60,030 nt of DNA, taken from positions 1-60,030 of the forward strand of contig JACQWC010000130.1 in assembly GCA_016209635.1 (NCBI GenBank), given 5' to 3'. This stretch comes from Candidatus Rokuibacteriota bacterium (GTDB lineage: Bacteria; Methylomirabilota; Methylomirabilia; Rokubacteriales; CSP1-6). The notes below the pieces were generated by a model. The model made no database searches. It saw only the letters and a program-made list of their open reading frames with translations, and was not told the DNA's origin. Positions 36,181-46,680 of this stretch are shown one piece after another (positions within the stretch are counted from its first letter, which is position 1; the number at the start of each line of letters is the position of its first letter). The position numbers and the translations under genes were made by a program.

Positions 36181-37555
36181 ACTTCGCGAGGAACCGCGTG
36201 AACTCGGCGACGCCCGACAGACCGTCGAACCCCAGTCCCTGCTCCCACAGCGCCTCGAGGGCCTCGCGCGGCAGCGTCCGGGCCGCGTTGGACTCGAACT
36301 TCTCGTGGAGCTCGGCCTCGGTCATCGGATGCTCACGGGAGCCCCGCGAGACATCCATGCGCGCTTCGATCTCCGAGCCATCCCGGAGGCGAAGCCGCAC
36401 CCAGCCGGGGAAGTGCTCGGGGAAGGGCAGCGTGTTGTCGATCTGGTAGGTGGTGCGCGCGGTCAGGGCGAGGATGCGTGGATCGCGGATGCGGGCCTCG
36501 GAGAAATCGTCGATGCCGGCCTGACCTTCGGCGAGAACCACCGCCACCGCATAGGGCAGGCTGAAGCGCGCCGCGTAGGCGTTCGCCGGCCGGCGCTTGT
36601 CGGCCAGCGGCTCGCAGAGGATCGGGACCGCGGGACCCGGCACGCGGAGCTCGATCGCCTCGACGTCCTCCGGAGTCAGCTGGTGCTTTGCCCGGAGCGA
36701 TCGCGCACAGTCCATGTACGGGTGGCTCAAGTGGCCACAGGGATAGGGCTTGAAATCGGTGTTCAGAACTTCCCATTCCTGGCCGAGGCCGGACGTGAGC
36801 CGAGTGAGATCCGGACGCGCCGGAGTGGCATAGGCGTTGAACAGGCCGAAGCGTCCCTCCAGCGCCGCGGCCGGTCCCGTGTACCCCCGGGCCGCCAGGA
36901 GTGCGGCGACGATGCCGGCATGGGCCGCCCAGCCGGGGTGCAGCCGCTTCGTCCACGCCCCGTCCGCGAGGAACTCCAGCGAGCCCGCGGCTTGGCTGCC
37001 CGCGATGCCGATGGCGTGCGCCAGATGACTGGCGTCGAGTCGCAACAGACGGCCGGCGGTGACGGCCGCGGCAAACGTCCCGCACACGCCGGTGGCGTGG
37101 AAGCCCCGCGCATGGAAGCCGCTAGGCACCGCCATTCCGATACGCAGACCCACCTCATAGCCGGCGACCGCCGCGGTCACCGCCTCTCGGCCGGTCGCAC
37201 CGGTCCGCTCGGCCACCGCCAGCGCCGTGGGGATGACGACGCCGCTCGGATGCACGAGCGCGACGCTATGGGTGTCGTCGAAATCGTTGCCATGGGCCAG
37301 GGCCCCGTTGTACAGGGCTGCCCACGTCGCCGGTAGCCGGTCCGGCTGACAGAAGAGCGTGGCCTCCGGACGCCCGCCCTGGCTGCGGACCACATCGGCG
37401 ATCGCCGACGCGTATTCCGTCCCAACGCTGGCCAGGCATACGCCGACCGTGTCCAGCAGGCGGAGGCGCACGTTCTCGACCACCTCCGACGGAAGCTTCG
37501 CGTACTCGAGCTCGGCGGCAAAGCGCGCCAGCTCCATCGAGCACGTCTCTGTCAT
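36176..37555 (-). CDS. MmgE/PrpD family protein
   Basis: AHGNDFDDTH, VHPS, GFHATG, KRLHPG, FKPYPCG, ARFSLPY. Confidence 0.92.
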   Translation of the reverse strand: MTETCSMELARFAAELEYAKLPSEVVENVRLRLLDTVGVCLASVGTEYASAIADVVRSQGGRPEATLFCQPDRLPATWAALYNGALAHGNDFDDTHSVALVHPSGVVIPTALAVAERTGATGREAVTAAVAGYEVGLRIGMAVPSGFHARGFHATGVCGTFAAAVTAGRLLRLDASHLAHAIGIAGSQAAGSLEFLADGAWTKRLHPGWAAHAGIVAALLAARGYTGPAAALEGRFGLFNAYATPARPDLTRLTSGLGQEWEVLNTDFKPYPCGHLSHPYMDCARSLRAKHQLTPEDVEAIELRVPGPAVPILCEPLADKRRPANAYAARFSLPYAVAVVLAEGQAGIDDFSEARIRDPRILALTARTTYQIDNTLPFPEHFPGWVRLRLRDGSEIEARMDVSRGSREHPMTEAELHEKFESNAARTLPREALEALWEQGLGFDGLSGVAEFTRFLAKS

Positions 37556-38451
37556 GGACTCCCCCCGATCTTCACCCCCGCCCACTCCTCCAGGACCCTG
37601 ACGAGGTTGGTGAAGTCCTCGGGCCCGAGACCGCGGCTGGCGGCCAGGCGCCACATCTCGATCACTTCCCGGCAGATGAACGTCGGAACCTGGAGGCCCG
37701 CAGCGAGCTCGCCGAACAGGCTCACGTCCTTGAGCATGTGATCCACGGCAAAGCCGTAGTCGAAGGTCCGCGTGAGCACCGCCCGGGGAAACTTGTCCTG
37801 GGTGGCGCCGCTCCGGCCGCTGCTCACGTTGAGGACATCGAGCGCCAGAGCCGGGTCCAGGCCCGCCTTGACTGCCACGACCATCGCCTCGGCCGTCGCG
37901 GCCAGGGTCGTCGCGGAGAGCATATTGTTGACGAGCTTCATGGCCTGGCCCAGCCCCGGCTCGGCTCCGATGTAAAACACGTTCTTGCCGAGGATCGACA
38001 GCAGCGGCCGCAGCGACTCGAAGACCGCCTTGTCGCCGGCTGCCATGATGCTCAGCGTGCCCGCCTCCGCCCCCCGCACTCCTCCGCTCACCGGAGCGTC
38101 GAGGTAGCGAACTCCCCGGGCTTGGAGCTCCGCCGCCACCGCGCGCGCTGCGCGCACGCCCGAGGTCGAGAGATCCACGACGACATGGACCTGGCCCAGC
38201 CCGCGGCCGTCAGGACCGAGCGTGACCTGTTCGAGCGCGGCGGGGCTCGGCAGGCTCAGGAAAATCGTGCCGGCCCGCTCGAGTACCTCTGTCACCGAAC
38301 TGCACACGCTCGCCCCGCGAATCGCCCGGAAGGGCTCCCGGGCCGCCGGGACGACGTCGAACACGTGGACGCGAAGGCCATGATCCAGGAGCCTCCGGGC
38401 CATCGGGCTCCCGATCTTTCCCACTCCGAGGAACCCGACCTGTTCTGTCAT
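37552..38451 (-). CDS. 3-hydroxyisobutyrate dehydrogenase family oxidoreductase
   Basis: GFLGVGKIG, DAPVSGG, KLVNN, KD. Confidence 0.9.
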   Translation of the reverse strand: MTEQVGFLGVGKIGSPMARRLLDHGLRVHVFDVVPAAREPFRAIRGASVCSSVTEVLERAGTIFLSLPSPAALEQVTLGPDGRGLGQVHVVVDLSTSGVRAARAVAAELQARGVRYLDAPVSGGVRGAEAGTLSIMAAGDKAVFESLRPLLSILGKNVFYIGAEPGLGQAMKLVNNMLSATTLAATAEAMVVAVKAGLDPALALDVLNVSSGRSGATQDKFPRAVLTRTFDYGFAVDHMLKDVSLFGELAAGLQVPTFICREVIEMWRLAASRGLGPEDFTNLVRVLEEWAGVKIGGSP

Positions 38452-38479
38452 TTGCAAGTCTCCGGCACGGTTCAGCGCG

Positions 38480-39838
38480 CTATCGACGCAGCAGTCGGCC
38501 GAGGGTCGCCGCATCGCTCACCAAGTCGAGGCCAAGGATCGCCTCAAAGAGACGGTCCGCGTGTGCCCCGTCGAATACCCGGCGGGCGTAGGCGTGGAAC
38601 TTCCGCTCGACGTCGTACTGTGTTGGATACGCGAGGTCCGCCAGCCACTCTTCCTCGACCCGCCCGCCCTTCAGCGTCACCCTCACGCCCCCCGCTTTGC
38701 GTCCGGGAAAGACGCGTGTTGCCTCGGCGTCGACGACCACTTGGACCCGTCGCGCCAGGCGCGCGATCGACTCCGTCGAGCATGCGAGCAGGTGGTCCAG
38801 CGTGAGCTCGCCGTCCAGGAGTACGGCCGCCACCACGAACTGGTTGCTCATCTGAGCTTGGATGATCTCCTCGAACGGACCCGGGTTGTCCACGCCGGGG
38901 CACGTCTTGCCGAGGGGGAACGTCCGGACCGTCACCGTCTCGATCTCGTCGGGTGGCAGCGACGTTCGGCGCCGCAGGCGCTGGGCGGCCTGGATCACGC
39001 TCTGGAGGTAGGCGCAGGCAGGCGCCGGCTTGTGGTAGACGTTGAAGATCTCCCAGTGCCGCCCGAGGTCCGCCAGCACGCGATCGACGTCGACCGGACC
39101 GCCGGCGAACGCGCTGCCGAACCCCGCCGGTCCCTCGATCGCTTCCGGCGCGGTTCGCAACCCCTTCCCGGCGAGGTGGGCAGCCACCAGGCCGTTGCGT
39201 GCGGCAAACGCGTTCTGGAAGTAGAAGTCCGTGGTCCCGGCGTTCGCCCATTCGTTGAGGCCGAGGCCGAGATTGGCCGCCATCCCCAGCGCGTTGGCCA
39301 TCGCGTCCGCCGAGAGCCCGAGCAGCTTTCCGGTGGCGGCCGCGCTGGCGAGCGCGCCGAACGTGCTGCTTGGGCGGTATCCGGAGCTGTTGAAGTGGTC
39401 TCCGACAATGCACTTGCCGATCCGTCCGCCGACCTCATAGCCGGCCAGGATCGCCGTCAGGAGGTCCCGGCCGGTGCCCCCAGTGGCTTCCACTTGGGCC
39501 AGTGCGGCCGGGATCACCATCGTCCCGAAGTGGGACTGGCTCTCCATGTGCATGTCTTCGTAGAGGAGGCTGTGCGCCGCCACCGTGTTCGCGAACGCCG
39601 CCTCTCCCGGCGTCGACGTGTCCGCCGTCGCCCACAATGTCGACGTCCCACGTCCGCCCACGGCCAGCGCCGTCCCGCGCGCCAGCACGGTCCACGGCCA
39701 GTCGTGCCCGCCGAGGGCGTTGGCCACGCCATCCAAGACGCAGAGCTGGGTCTTGGCGCGGACCTCGGCGGGCAGGGCGTCGTAGGTGAGATCTGCGACG
39801 AAGGCACCGAGTCTCTGGGTCGCCGTCAATCGTCCCAT
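38480..39838 (-). CDS. MmgE/PrpD family protein (divergent)
   Basis: AHSLLYEDMH, SHFG, GYEVG, HKPAPAC, AQMS. Confidence 0.85.
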   Translation of the reverse strand: MGRLTATQRLGAFVADLTYDALPAEVRAKTQLCVLDGVANALGGHDWPWTVLARGTALAVGGRGTSTLWATADTSTPGEAAFANTVAAHSLLYEDMHMESQSHFGTMVIPAALAQVEATGGTGRDLLTAILAGYEVGGRIGKCIVGDHFNSSGYRPSSTFGALASAAATGKLLGLSADAMANALGMAANLGLGLNEWANAGTTDFYFQNAFAARNGLVAAHLAGKGLRTAPEAIEGPAGFGSAFAGGPVDVDRVLADLGRHWEIFNVYHKPAPACAYLQSVIQAAQRLRRRTSLPPDEIETVTVRTFPLGKTCPGVDNPGPFEEIIQAQMSNQFVVAAVLLDGELTLDHLLACSTESIARLARRVQVVVDAEATRVFPGRKAGGVRVTLKGGRVEEEWLADLAYPTQYDVERKFHAYARRVFDGAHADRLFEAILGLDLVSDAATLGRLLRR

Positions 39839-39867
39839 GTGTCCCCCCTCGTCGGTGGTTCCTGGAC

Positions 39868-42800
39868 TCAGTGTCGACCGAGGCCGTACACCCAGGCAGC
39901 TGCCCGACGACTGACCTTCTCGTCGGTCAGGTCCTGCGCGATCGCCGCGCGATCACGCGTCGACGGATCGCCCCATCCCCCTCCGCCGGCCGTCCGGTGA
40001 CTCCACATGTCCCCGCCCGCGATATCCACCACCACCTTGGACGGCAGGCGGCGCCATCGCCCCCCGCGCCCGCCTGCGGAGAGGCGGTTCTCGGAGGGCG
40101 CGCCCGGCGCGCCCCCGGCGAGTCCCCACGGGCTCAGCCGCGAACGGTCGGAGCGGATCTGCAGGACGGCGCGACGCCCCAGGAACCGGACGTCGCGCTG
40201 GATCGCCATCCCGCCCCGATGGCGCCCTGGGCCGCCGGTGTCGGGCACGAAGCCGTAGCGCTCCACCCGCAAGGGGAAGTTCGCCTCGATGAGCTCGCAG
40301 CTCGTGTTCTGCGTGTTCGCGATGGGCGAGGCCACCCCTTCGAGCCCGTCGCCGGCCGGCCGGCCGCCGAAGGCCCCCGAGATGACTTCCATGAAGACGA
40401 ACGGCACGCCCAGCTCGTCTTCGCCGCCGACACTGATCACCGCCGGCCCGCCATCGCCCGCTGCGGGGACGCGATCGGGCAGGGCCTGGGCAAAGGCGCC
40501 GAAAAGCGCATCAGTGACCCGGTACGCGGTGACCGCCCGCGCGGCGCAGGCGGCCGGGAAGGCCATGTGGACCACGGTGCCCTCCGGCGCCACCACCGTC
40601 AGCACGCGCTGGAAACCGGCGTTGTTGGGGATCTCCTGCCCGACGATGGCCTTGACGACGAAGAACACCGCGGAACGGGTGATCGAGAGCGGCGCGTTGA
40701 TGGCGCCGCGGACCTGCGGCGCCGTCCCCGCGAAGTCGACGGTGATGGCGTCACCCCCGACCTCGAGGGCCACCTCGATCCGGACGGGCGCGCCGCCGAG
40801 CCCGTCGTCGTCCATGTGATCGACGAACGTGTAGCGTCCCGGGCGCAGCTCGCGGAGCGCCGCGCGAGCCATGCGCTCTCCGTACTCGATGAGCTCGGCC
40901 ATGTACCGCCGTAGCGTCGCCGGTCCCAGCCGGCCGGCGAGCCGGACGAGCTGCATCTGCGCCGTGTTGCACGCGGCCACCTCGGCGAGGAGATCGCCGA
41001 TCACCGTCGCCGATTGCCGCACGTTGGCGCCGAGGAGCGTCACCCACGTCCGGTCGAGCTCACCGCGCGCATAGAGCCTCAGCGGCGGGATGCGGATCCC
41101 TTCCTGGTAGATCTCGGTGGAGTCGGCGGCGTTTCCGCCTGGCACTCGACCGCCGATATCGGCCATGTGGGCCACGACGGCCGCGAACCCCAGCAGCTCG
41201 CCGGCGACGTGGATCGGCTTGAAGAGGAACATGTCGGGCAGGTGCATTCCACCCGAATAGGGATCATTCATCATGACGACGTCGCCCGGATCGAGCCCGC
41301 CCGGGAACGCCGCCAGCACCGCCTCCATCGCCGCCGGAATCGCGCCGAGGTGCACCGCGAGGCCGACGCCTCCGGTGACCAACTCCCCGCGCGCGTTGCA
41401 CAGTGCTACCGAGAAGTCGCGCGCATCCTTCACGCCGAGCGACCGCGCCGTGCGGGCGAGGGTCACACACATCTCGTCGGTGATCGAGCTCAGGCTGTTC
41501 TTGACAAGCTCGAGCGTGATTGGGTCGACCCGGGCGGCATCGGCCGCTGGCCCATCCCCGTCCTCGCCAGTCGGCAGGACCATCACGACGTTGCCGAAGG
41601 CATCGAGGCGGGCCACGCAGCCGACGGGAACGAGGACGGTGGTGTCCAGCTCCTCCACGATGGCCGGCCCCGGCAGCCCGTCGGCGGGAATCTCGCCCCG
41701 TGTCACCACCGGGGCGGCCCGCCAGCCAACGGCCGGACCGAAATAGGCGTTCCGGATGTGCCCGGGGCCGAACCCGGCACCGGGTGTCATGGTCTGCCGT
41801 CCGATCTCAGCGTAGGATGGCTTCGCGGTGAGGCCGCGCGCCCGGAGTCGTGCGGCCACGAGTTGCACGCGGGAGACGTCCTCGCGGTACCCGTAGACGC
41901 GCTCGTGCTCGGCGCAGAAGATCGTGGCGAGCTGCTCCAGGGTCGTGACATCTACCGTCCCCCGGGGGGCTTCGACCACGAGCTCGTAAGACTGCCCGAG
42001 GTAATGCATCGTGACGGACCGATCCAGCGCCACCTGCTCGGACCCGAAACCCTCTGAGGCGAGGTCGGTCAGGGCCTGCCCCTCGAACTCGGCGAAGACG
42101 TGGTTCAAGCGCCCGACGTCCGCGCCGTCCATTTCGCGCACCGTCCTGAGGACGGTGCGGGAATAGACGTGCTGAACGTCCGCCATCAGCAGGCCGAGCG
42201 CGCTGAAGAGGCCGGGCGAGACCGGCACGATGACGCGGCGCAGGCCCATGGCCCGGGCGATCTCGGCGGCGTGCAGGGGGCCCGCGCCGCCGAACGCCAC
42301 CAGCGCGTAGTCCCGGGCCTCCCGCCCCCGCTCCACCGTGACCGCCCGGACCGCGCGGATCATGTTCGATGTCGCGACCGAGTAGATCCCGTAGGCGGCT
42401 TCGTCGACGCCGAGCCCCGAAGGGCGAGCGATCATGGCGGCGACCGCCTCCCGGGCGCGATCGACGAAGATCTGTCGCGCCCCGCCCGCGATCGCCTCCG
42501 GGCTGATGTAGCCGAGGATGGCGTAGGCGTCGGTGACCGTCGGCTCGGTCCCGCCAAGCCCGTAGCACGCCGGCCCTGGCGCCGCACCCGCACTCCGGGG
42601 ACCGACGCGCAGCGCACCGCCCGCGTCGAGCCACGCGACGCTCCCCCCGCCCGCGCCCACCTCGGCGATCTCGATCGAGGGAACGCGGATCACGTGGCCG
42701 CCGCCGGCGGCGGCGCCGGCCGCGCGATTCATGCCGCCGCCGACGTGGTACTCCGAGGCCTGGAACGGCCGGTTCCCCTCGATCAGCGAGGCCTTCGCCG

Positions 42801-43683
42801 TGGTGCCCCCCATGTCGAAGGCGATGAGATTGGGCTCGTCCGTCTGGCGCGCGAGATAGCAGCAGGCGAGCACCCCGGCCGCCGGGCCCGACTCGACGAT
42901 GTGCACGGGCTGGCGCCGGGCAAGCTCGGCGGTGATCACCCCGCCGTTCGACTGCATCACCAGCAAGCGGCCCTCGTAGCCGACGGAGGCGAGCGCCTCG
43001 CGCAGCTTGTCCAGGTAGCGGTCGACGACCGGCATCAGGTACGCGTTGATGGCGGTCGTGCTCGTCCGCTCGAACTCCTGGATCTCAGCGAGCACCTCGT
43101 GCGACACGCACATCGTGAGCTCGGGACAAGCGGCCGCCGCCCACTCCTTGATCAGCCGCTCGTGGCTCGGGTTGGCGTAGGAGTTCAGGAGACAGACGGC
43201 GACACTTCCGATCCCGGCCGCCCGGAGCCGTGTGAGCGCCCGGACGACCTGGTCCCGGTCGGGCGCCTCCAAGGCCTCGCCCCGCGCCGACATCCGCTCG
43301 CCCACCTCGAGCCGCAAGCCGCGCGGGATCAACGGCCGCGGCTTCCGCCAGCCGAGGTCGTAGATGTCGGGGCCCCACCGGCACCGCCCGATCTCCAACA
43401 CGTCCCGGAACCCGCGCGTCGTCAGGAGCCCAACCGGCGGACCGCTACTCTCCATGACGGCATTGGTGGCCACGGTCGTGCCGTGGATGAAGCCGTCGAG
43501 GTCGGCGCCGTCGAGGCCCTCCTCGGCCAGGACCTCGCGCAGCCCGTCCTGCACCCCGCGGGAGTAATCGTCGGGGGTCGAGAGGATCTTCTTGCGGGCG
43601 ATGCTATTGTCCGCGCGAAGGACTAGCAGGTCGGTGAAGGTGCCACCGATGTCGACCCCGACGCGAAAGCGCCTGATGCCCAC
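39868..43683 (-). CDS. Fused hydantoinase A/B (5-oxoprolinase family)
   Basis: DIGGTFTD, HGTTVATNA, SGPAAG, DMGGTT, FGGAG; then DFS, NDPYSGGMHLPD, HMADIGG, GGGGWG. Confidence 0.93.
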   Translation of the reverse strand: MGIRRFRVGVDIGGTFTDLLVLRADNSIARKKILSTPDDYSRGVQDGLREVLAEEGLDGADLDGFIHGTTVATNAVMESSGPPVGLLTTRGFRDVLEIGRCRWGPDIYDLGWRKPRPLIPRGLRLEVGERMSARGEALEAPDRDQVVRALTRLRAAGIGSVAVCLLNSYANPSHERLIKEWAAAACPELTMCVSHEVLAEIQEFERTSTTAINAYLMPVVDRYLDKLREALASVGYEGRLLVMQSNGGVITAELARRQPVHIVESGPAAGVLACCYLARQTDEPNLIAFDMGGTTAKASLIEGNRPFQASEYHVGGGMNRAAGAAAGGGHVIRVPSIEIAEVGAGGGSVAWLDAGGALRVGPRSAGAAPGPACYGLGGTEPTVTDAYAILGYISPEAIAGGARQIFVDRAREAVAAMIARPSGLGVDEAAYGIYSVATSNMIRAVRAVTVERGREARDYALVAFGGAGPLHAAEIARAMGLRRVIVPVSPGLFSALGLLMADVQHVYSRTVLRTVREMDGADVGRLNHVFAEFEGQALTDLASEGFGSEQVALDRSVTMHYLGQSYELVVEAPRGTVDVTTLEQLATIFCAEHERVYGYREDVSRVQLVAARLRARGLTAKPSYAEIGRQTMTPGAGFGPGHIRNAYFGPAVGWRAAPVVTRGEIPADGLPGPAIVEELDTTVLVPVGCVARLDAFGNVVMVLPTGEDGDGPAADAARVDPITLELVKNSLSSITDEMCVTLARTARSLGVKDARDFSVALCNARGELVTGGVGLAVHLGAIPAAMEAVLAAFPGGLDPGDVVMMNDPYSGGMHLPDMFLFKPIHVAGELLGFAAVVAHMADIGGRVPGGNAADSTEIYQEGIRIPPLRLYARGELDRTWVTLLGANVRQSATVIGDLLAEVAACNTAQMQLVRLAGRLGPATLRRYMAELIEYGERMARAALRELRPGRYTFVDHMDDDGLGGAPVRIEVALEVGGDAITVDFAGTAPQVRGAINAPLSITRSAVFFVVKAIVGQEIPNNAGFQRVLTVVAPEGTVVHMAFPAACAARAVTAYRVTDALFGAFAQALPDRVPAAGDGGPAVISVGGEDELGVPFVFMEVISGAFGGRPAGDGLEGVASPIANTQNTSCELIEANFPLRVERYGFVPDTGGPGRHRGGMAIQRDVRFLGRRAVLQIRSDRSRLSPWGLAGGAPGAPSENRLSAGGRGGRWRRLPSKVVVDIAGGDMWSHRTAGGGGWGDPSTRDRAAIAQDLTDEKVSRRAAAWVYGLGRH

Positions 43684-43734
43684 GTCCTCGATTGGCTTCG
43701 GGAGACGTCGCTGCGTAAACGGTAGCGCCGCGCC

Positions 43735-44481
43735 TCAGGTGCGGAACGACGGATCGAGGCGATCCAGGCGCCGGAGCAGCCCGGGCCAGATCAGGCCTCC
43801 CCGGCTGCCGCGCGGGCTGGATGCGGCCATGACCTGGGCGTAGGCCGTCTCCATGATCTCCTTGGGCACCGGAATCAGTTCCCCGCCGCCCGATTGCGCG
43901 CGCACCTGGATCGCGCAGGACGTTTCCAGGTAATACATCGCGACGAACGCCTCGGCGACCGTCTCGCCCACGGTCAGCAGCCCGTGGTTGCGCAGGATCA
44001 GCGAGGTCTTGTCGCCGAGGTCCGCGACGAGACGCGGCTTCTCGTCGTCGCGCAGCGCCGGGCCTTCGAAGTCGTGGTAGCCCAGGCGCGCGAGCACGGA
44101 GATCGAATGCTGCGAGATGGGAAGCAATCCCGCCCGCTGCGTCGAGACGGCCACGCCGTTCAGGGTGTGGGTGTGGAGCACGCACTTGGCATCGTGCCGT
44201 GCGGCGTGGATGGCGCTATGAATCACGAAGCCGGCCGGGTTCACCGGGAACGGCGAGTCCTCGATCTTGTTGCCCTGAAGATCGATCTTGACCAGGCTGG
44301 AGGCCGTGATTTCGTCGAAGAACATGCCGTAAGGATTGATGAGGAACTGGTCCTCCGTGCCCGGCACCCGCGCCGTGATGTGCGTGAAGACGAGGTCCTC
44401 CCAGCCGTAGCGCGCCACGAGCCGATAACACGCGGCGAGATCCACCCGCACTGCCCATTCTTCTGGCGCGACCTTGTTCAT
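43735..44481 (-). CDS. Class II aldolase/adducin family protein
   Basis: THIT, INPYG, GFVIHSAIH, HTHT, LRNHG. Confidence 0.92.
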   Translation of the reverse strand: MNKVAPEEWAVRVDLAACYRLVARYGWEDLVFTHITARVPGTEDQFLINPYGMFFDEITASSLVKIDLQGNKIEDSPFPVNPAGFVIHSAIHAARHDAKCVLHTHTLNGVAVSTQRAGLLPISQHSISVLARLGYHDFEGPALRDDEKPRLVADLGDKTSLILRNHGLLTVGETVAEAFVAMYYLETSCAIQVRAQSGGGELIPVPKEIMETAYAQVMAASSPRGSRGGLIWPGLLRRLDRLDPSFRT

Positions 44482-44600
44482 ACGGAGTCCCCTCTTAGCG
44501 GACCTTGTAACTCAGAACTCCAGCCGGGGCAATACCCGAGTTGTTGTACGGCCACTTCGACGAGCGCGACCCCTTCGACCCCGGCAGGAAGGAGCGGACG

Positions 44601-44696
44601 ATGCCCTATGATCTGGTGATCAAGCACGGCACGGTGATCGACGGCTCGGGCCTGCCCCGGTACCGGGCCGACGTCGGCGTGCGGCACGGAGCGTAG
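44601..44696 (+). pseudogene. N-terminal 31 codons of a D-aminoacylase-type amidohydrolase
   Basis: SD AAGGAG then MPYDLVIKHGTVIDGSGLPRYRADVGVRHGA-stop. Confidence 0.8.
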
Positions 44697-44758
44697 GCGG
44701 TCCATAGCCCCTTCTGCCGGAGCGGCACGTCGAGCCGTGAGCGCGCGGGCGGAGCCCC

Positions 44759-45290
44759 TCAGGAGTGCCGGGACGCGGCCACGAGCATCGAGAACCTCGG
44801 TCCCGGCGCGAGGTGGCGCTCGAGGATCCCGCCGGCGAGGAAGCTGTAGAAGTGGAGCATCGTCTCGCCCACGGTCCCGAAGAGACCGACGACGGTGGCG
44901 CCGAGCTGGCGCGCGCGGTGCAGCTCCTCGATCGCCAGCCTGGGGTCACGGAGCGGCACGATCGCGGCCCACTTCAGGCGGTCGGGGCGCCGCGCGCCGG
45001 TCTTCCCCATCCACGTGTTGTAGCTGCGCATGAGCGCCGCCTCGAAGAGGATGTCCTCGCTCATCGGCTGGAGGAACACGGTGGGGAAGATCACCTGCAG
45101 GTCGATGCCGGCTCCGTCCATGTCCTGGAGCTGCGCGTCCACGTCCGTCATCGACTGGGAGCCGATGGAGAAGTGCTTCTCGCGCGCGAAGCGCATCCCC
45201 GTCGGCGTGCCATAGACGAGCGTGCCCCGTCCCATCGGCTTCGGGAAGACCGCGCCCTCGCGCGCGCCGGCCGGGAAGGTCCGCGGCGGC
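44759..45290 (-). pseudogene. Amidohydrolase_2 family internal remnant
   Basis: DMDGAGIDLQVIFPT, RSYNTW, PDRLKWAA, then an abrupt jump to GGILERH; lacks the N-terminal HxH and the C-terminus. Confidence 0.75.
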
Positions 45291-45293
45291 CGG

Positions 45294-46475
45294 CTAGCGC
45301 GAGATCGTGAGCCGTTCGGCGCCGTAATTGGTGGGATCGTGCCAGGGGCGGCCCTCGGCGAAGCGCGTCGACCTGAACGGCCCGAGATCAGCGGTCCGCG
45401 GGCGGCCGTGGACGATCCATTCGGCCAGGCACTTGCCGATGGCCGGCGAGGTCTTGAACGACGTCCCCGAGTCTCCGAGCATGGCGTAGAGGCCGCGGAC
45501 GGACGGGATCTCGTCGATGATGGGCCGGCCGTCCGGGCTCATCATGATCATTCCGGCCCAGCCGCCGCGCATCGTCGCCTCGCCAAACGCGGGGAAGCGC
45601 GTCGCGAGCGTCTTGCGGCACAGGGCGACGTACGCGGCGTCCACCCCCTCGTCGTAGGCGTCCGGGTCGGCATGTCCCGCGCCCAGCTCCACGCCGATCA
45701 GCGTCGCCGCCTCCCCCTCCGGGCGGAGCCACGAGTGGTGGACGGCGTCGATGACGGCCGGGTGGCGGAGGGTGAAGCCGTGGGGCCAGCGGAAGACCGC
45801 GACCTGGATGCGGTGCGGGCGCAGCCCGAAGTCGAGCCCGAGCGGCGCGAGGAGGCTCCCGGCCCACGCGCCGGGCGCCAGGACGACGACGGGCGCGTCG
45901 ACGCGCCCCCGGGCGGTCTCCACGCCCCCGACCCGTCCGCCCCGCGCGAGGACCCGCGTGACCTCGCAGCCCGTCTCGATCGCCACGCCCAGCCGCCGCG
46001 CCGCGTCGGCGAAGGCGAAGGTGGTCGCGTTCGGGTCCGCGAAGCCGGAGTCGGGTTCCCACGCGGCGCCGCCGACGTCGCCGAGGTCGCAGTCGGGGAG
46101 CAGCTCGGCCAGCTCGTTCTTCGAGACCACCCGCGTCTCGATGCCGATCCGCCGCTGCGTCTCGACGTTCTGGCTCAGCGCGTGCTCGTACCCGCGGGGG
46201 ACCAGCTGGACGAAGCCCACCGGCTCGAAGCCGCAGTCGCCGCCCACCACGGTGGCGAAGTCGCGGAAGGTCTTGAGGCTCTCGAAGGCGAGCCGGGACT
46301 CCGCCTCGTTGGTGTAGTGCATGCGGACGAGCGCCCCCGACTTGCCGGTGGCGCCCGCGCCGAGGTGGCGTCGCTCGAGCAGCCGAACGTTTCGGACGCC
46401 GAGGACGGCCAGGTGAAAGGCCACGCTCGCACCGTTGGCGCCTCCGCCCACGATCACGACGTCCGCGCTCGCCAC
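45294..46475 (-). CDS. FAD-dependent oxidoreductase (DAO/sarcosine oxidase beta-like)
   Basis: VIVGGGANG, GATGKSGA, SPDGRPII, SGTSFKTSPAIG. Confidence 0.9.
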   Translation of the reverse strand: MASADVVIVGGGANGASVAFHLAVLGVRNVRLLERRHLGAGATGKSGALVRMHYTNEAESRLAFESLKTFRDFATVVGGDCGFEPVGFVQLVPRGYEHALSQNVETQRRIGIETRVVSKNELAELLPDCDLGDVGGAAWEPDSGFADPNATTFAFADAARRLGVAIETGCEVTRVLARGGRVGGVETARGRVDAPVVVLAPGAWAGSLLAPLGLDFGLRPHRIQVAVFRWPHGFTLRHPAVIDAVHHSWLRPEGEAATLIGVELGAGHADPDAYDEGVDAAYVALCRKTLATRFPAFGEATMRGGWAGMIMMSPDGRPIIDEIPSVRGLYAMLGDSGTSFKTSPAIGKCLAEWIVHGRPRTADLGPFRSTRFAEGRPWHDPTNYGAERLTISR

Positions 46476-46630
46476 GTCCCGTCTCCTCTCCGAGCGGCTC
46501 GAGCCGTGCCGATTGTGGCACGGTTCGGGCGTGGCTCGCCAGGGTCGGGAGCGGACCGCCGCCGGGGCGGCGGCTCAACCCGCTGGTGGCCCACGGCCGC
46601 CGACCCCCGCCCGTCGTGGACGGGAGAGAG

Positions 46631-46680
46631 CCTGAAGATGGTCGAGGATTCTGCCGCCTGAAGATCGTGGAGGATTCTGC
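46631..46680 (+). repeat. Tandem 24-bp direct repeat in the promoter region
   Basis: CCTGAAGATGGTCGAGGATTCTGC and CCTGAAGATCGTGGAGGATTCTGC (22/24 identical, 26-bp period). Confidence 0.85.
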
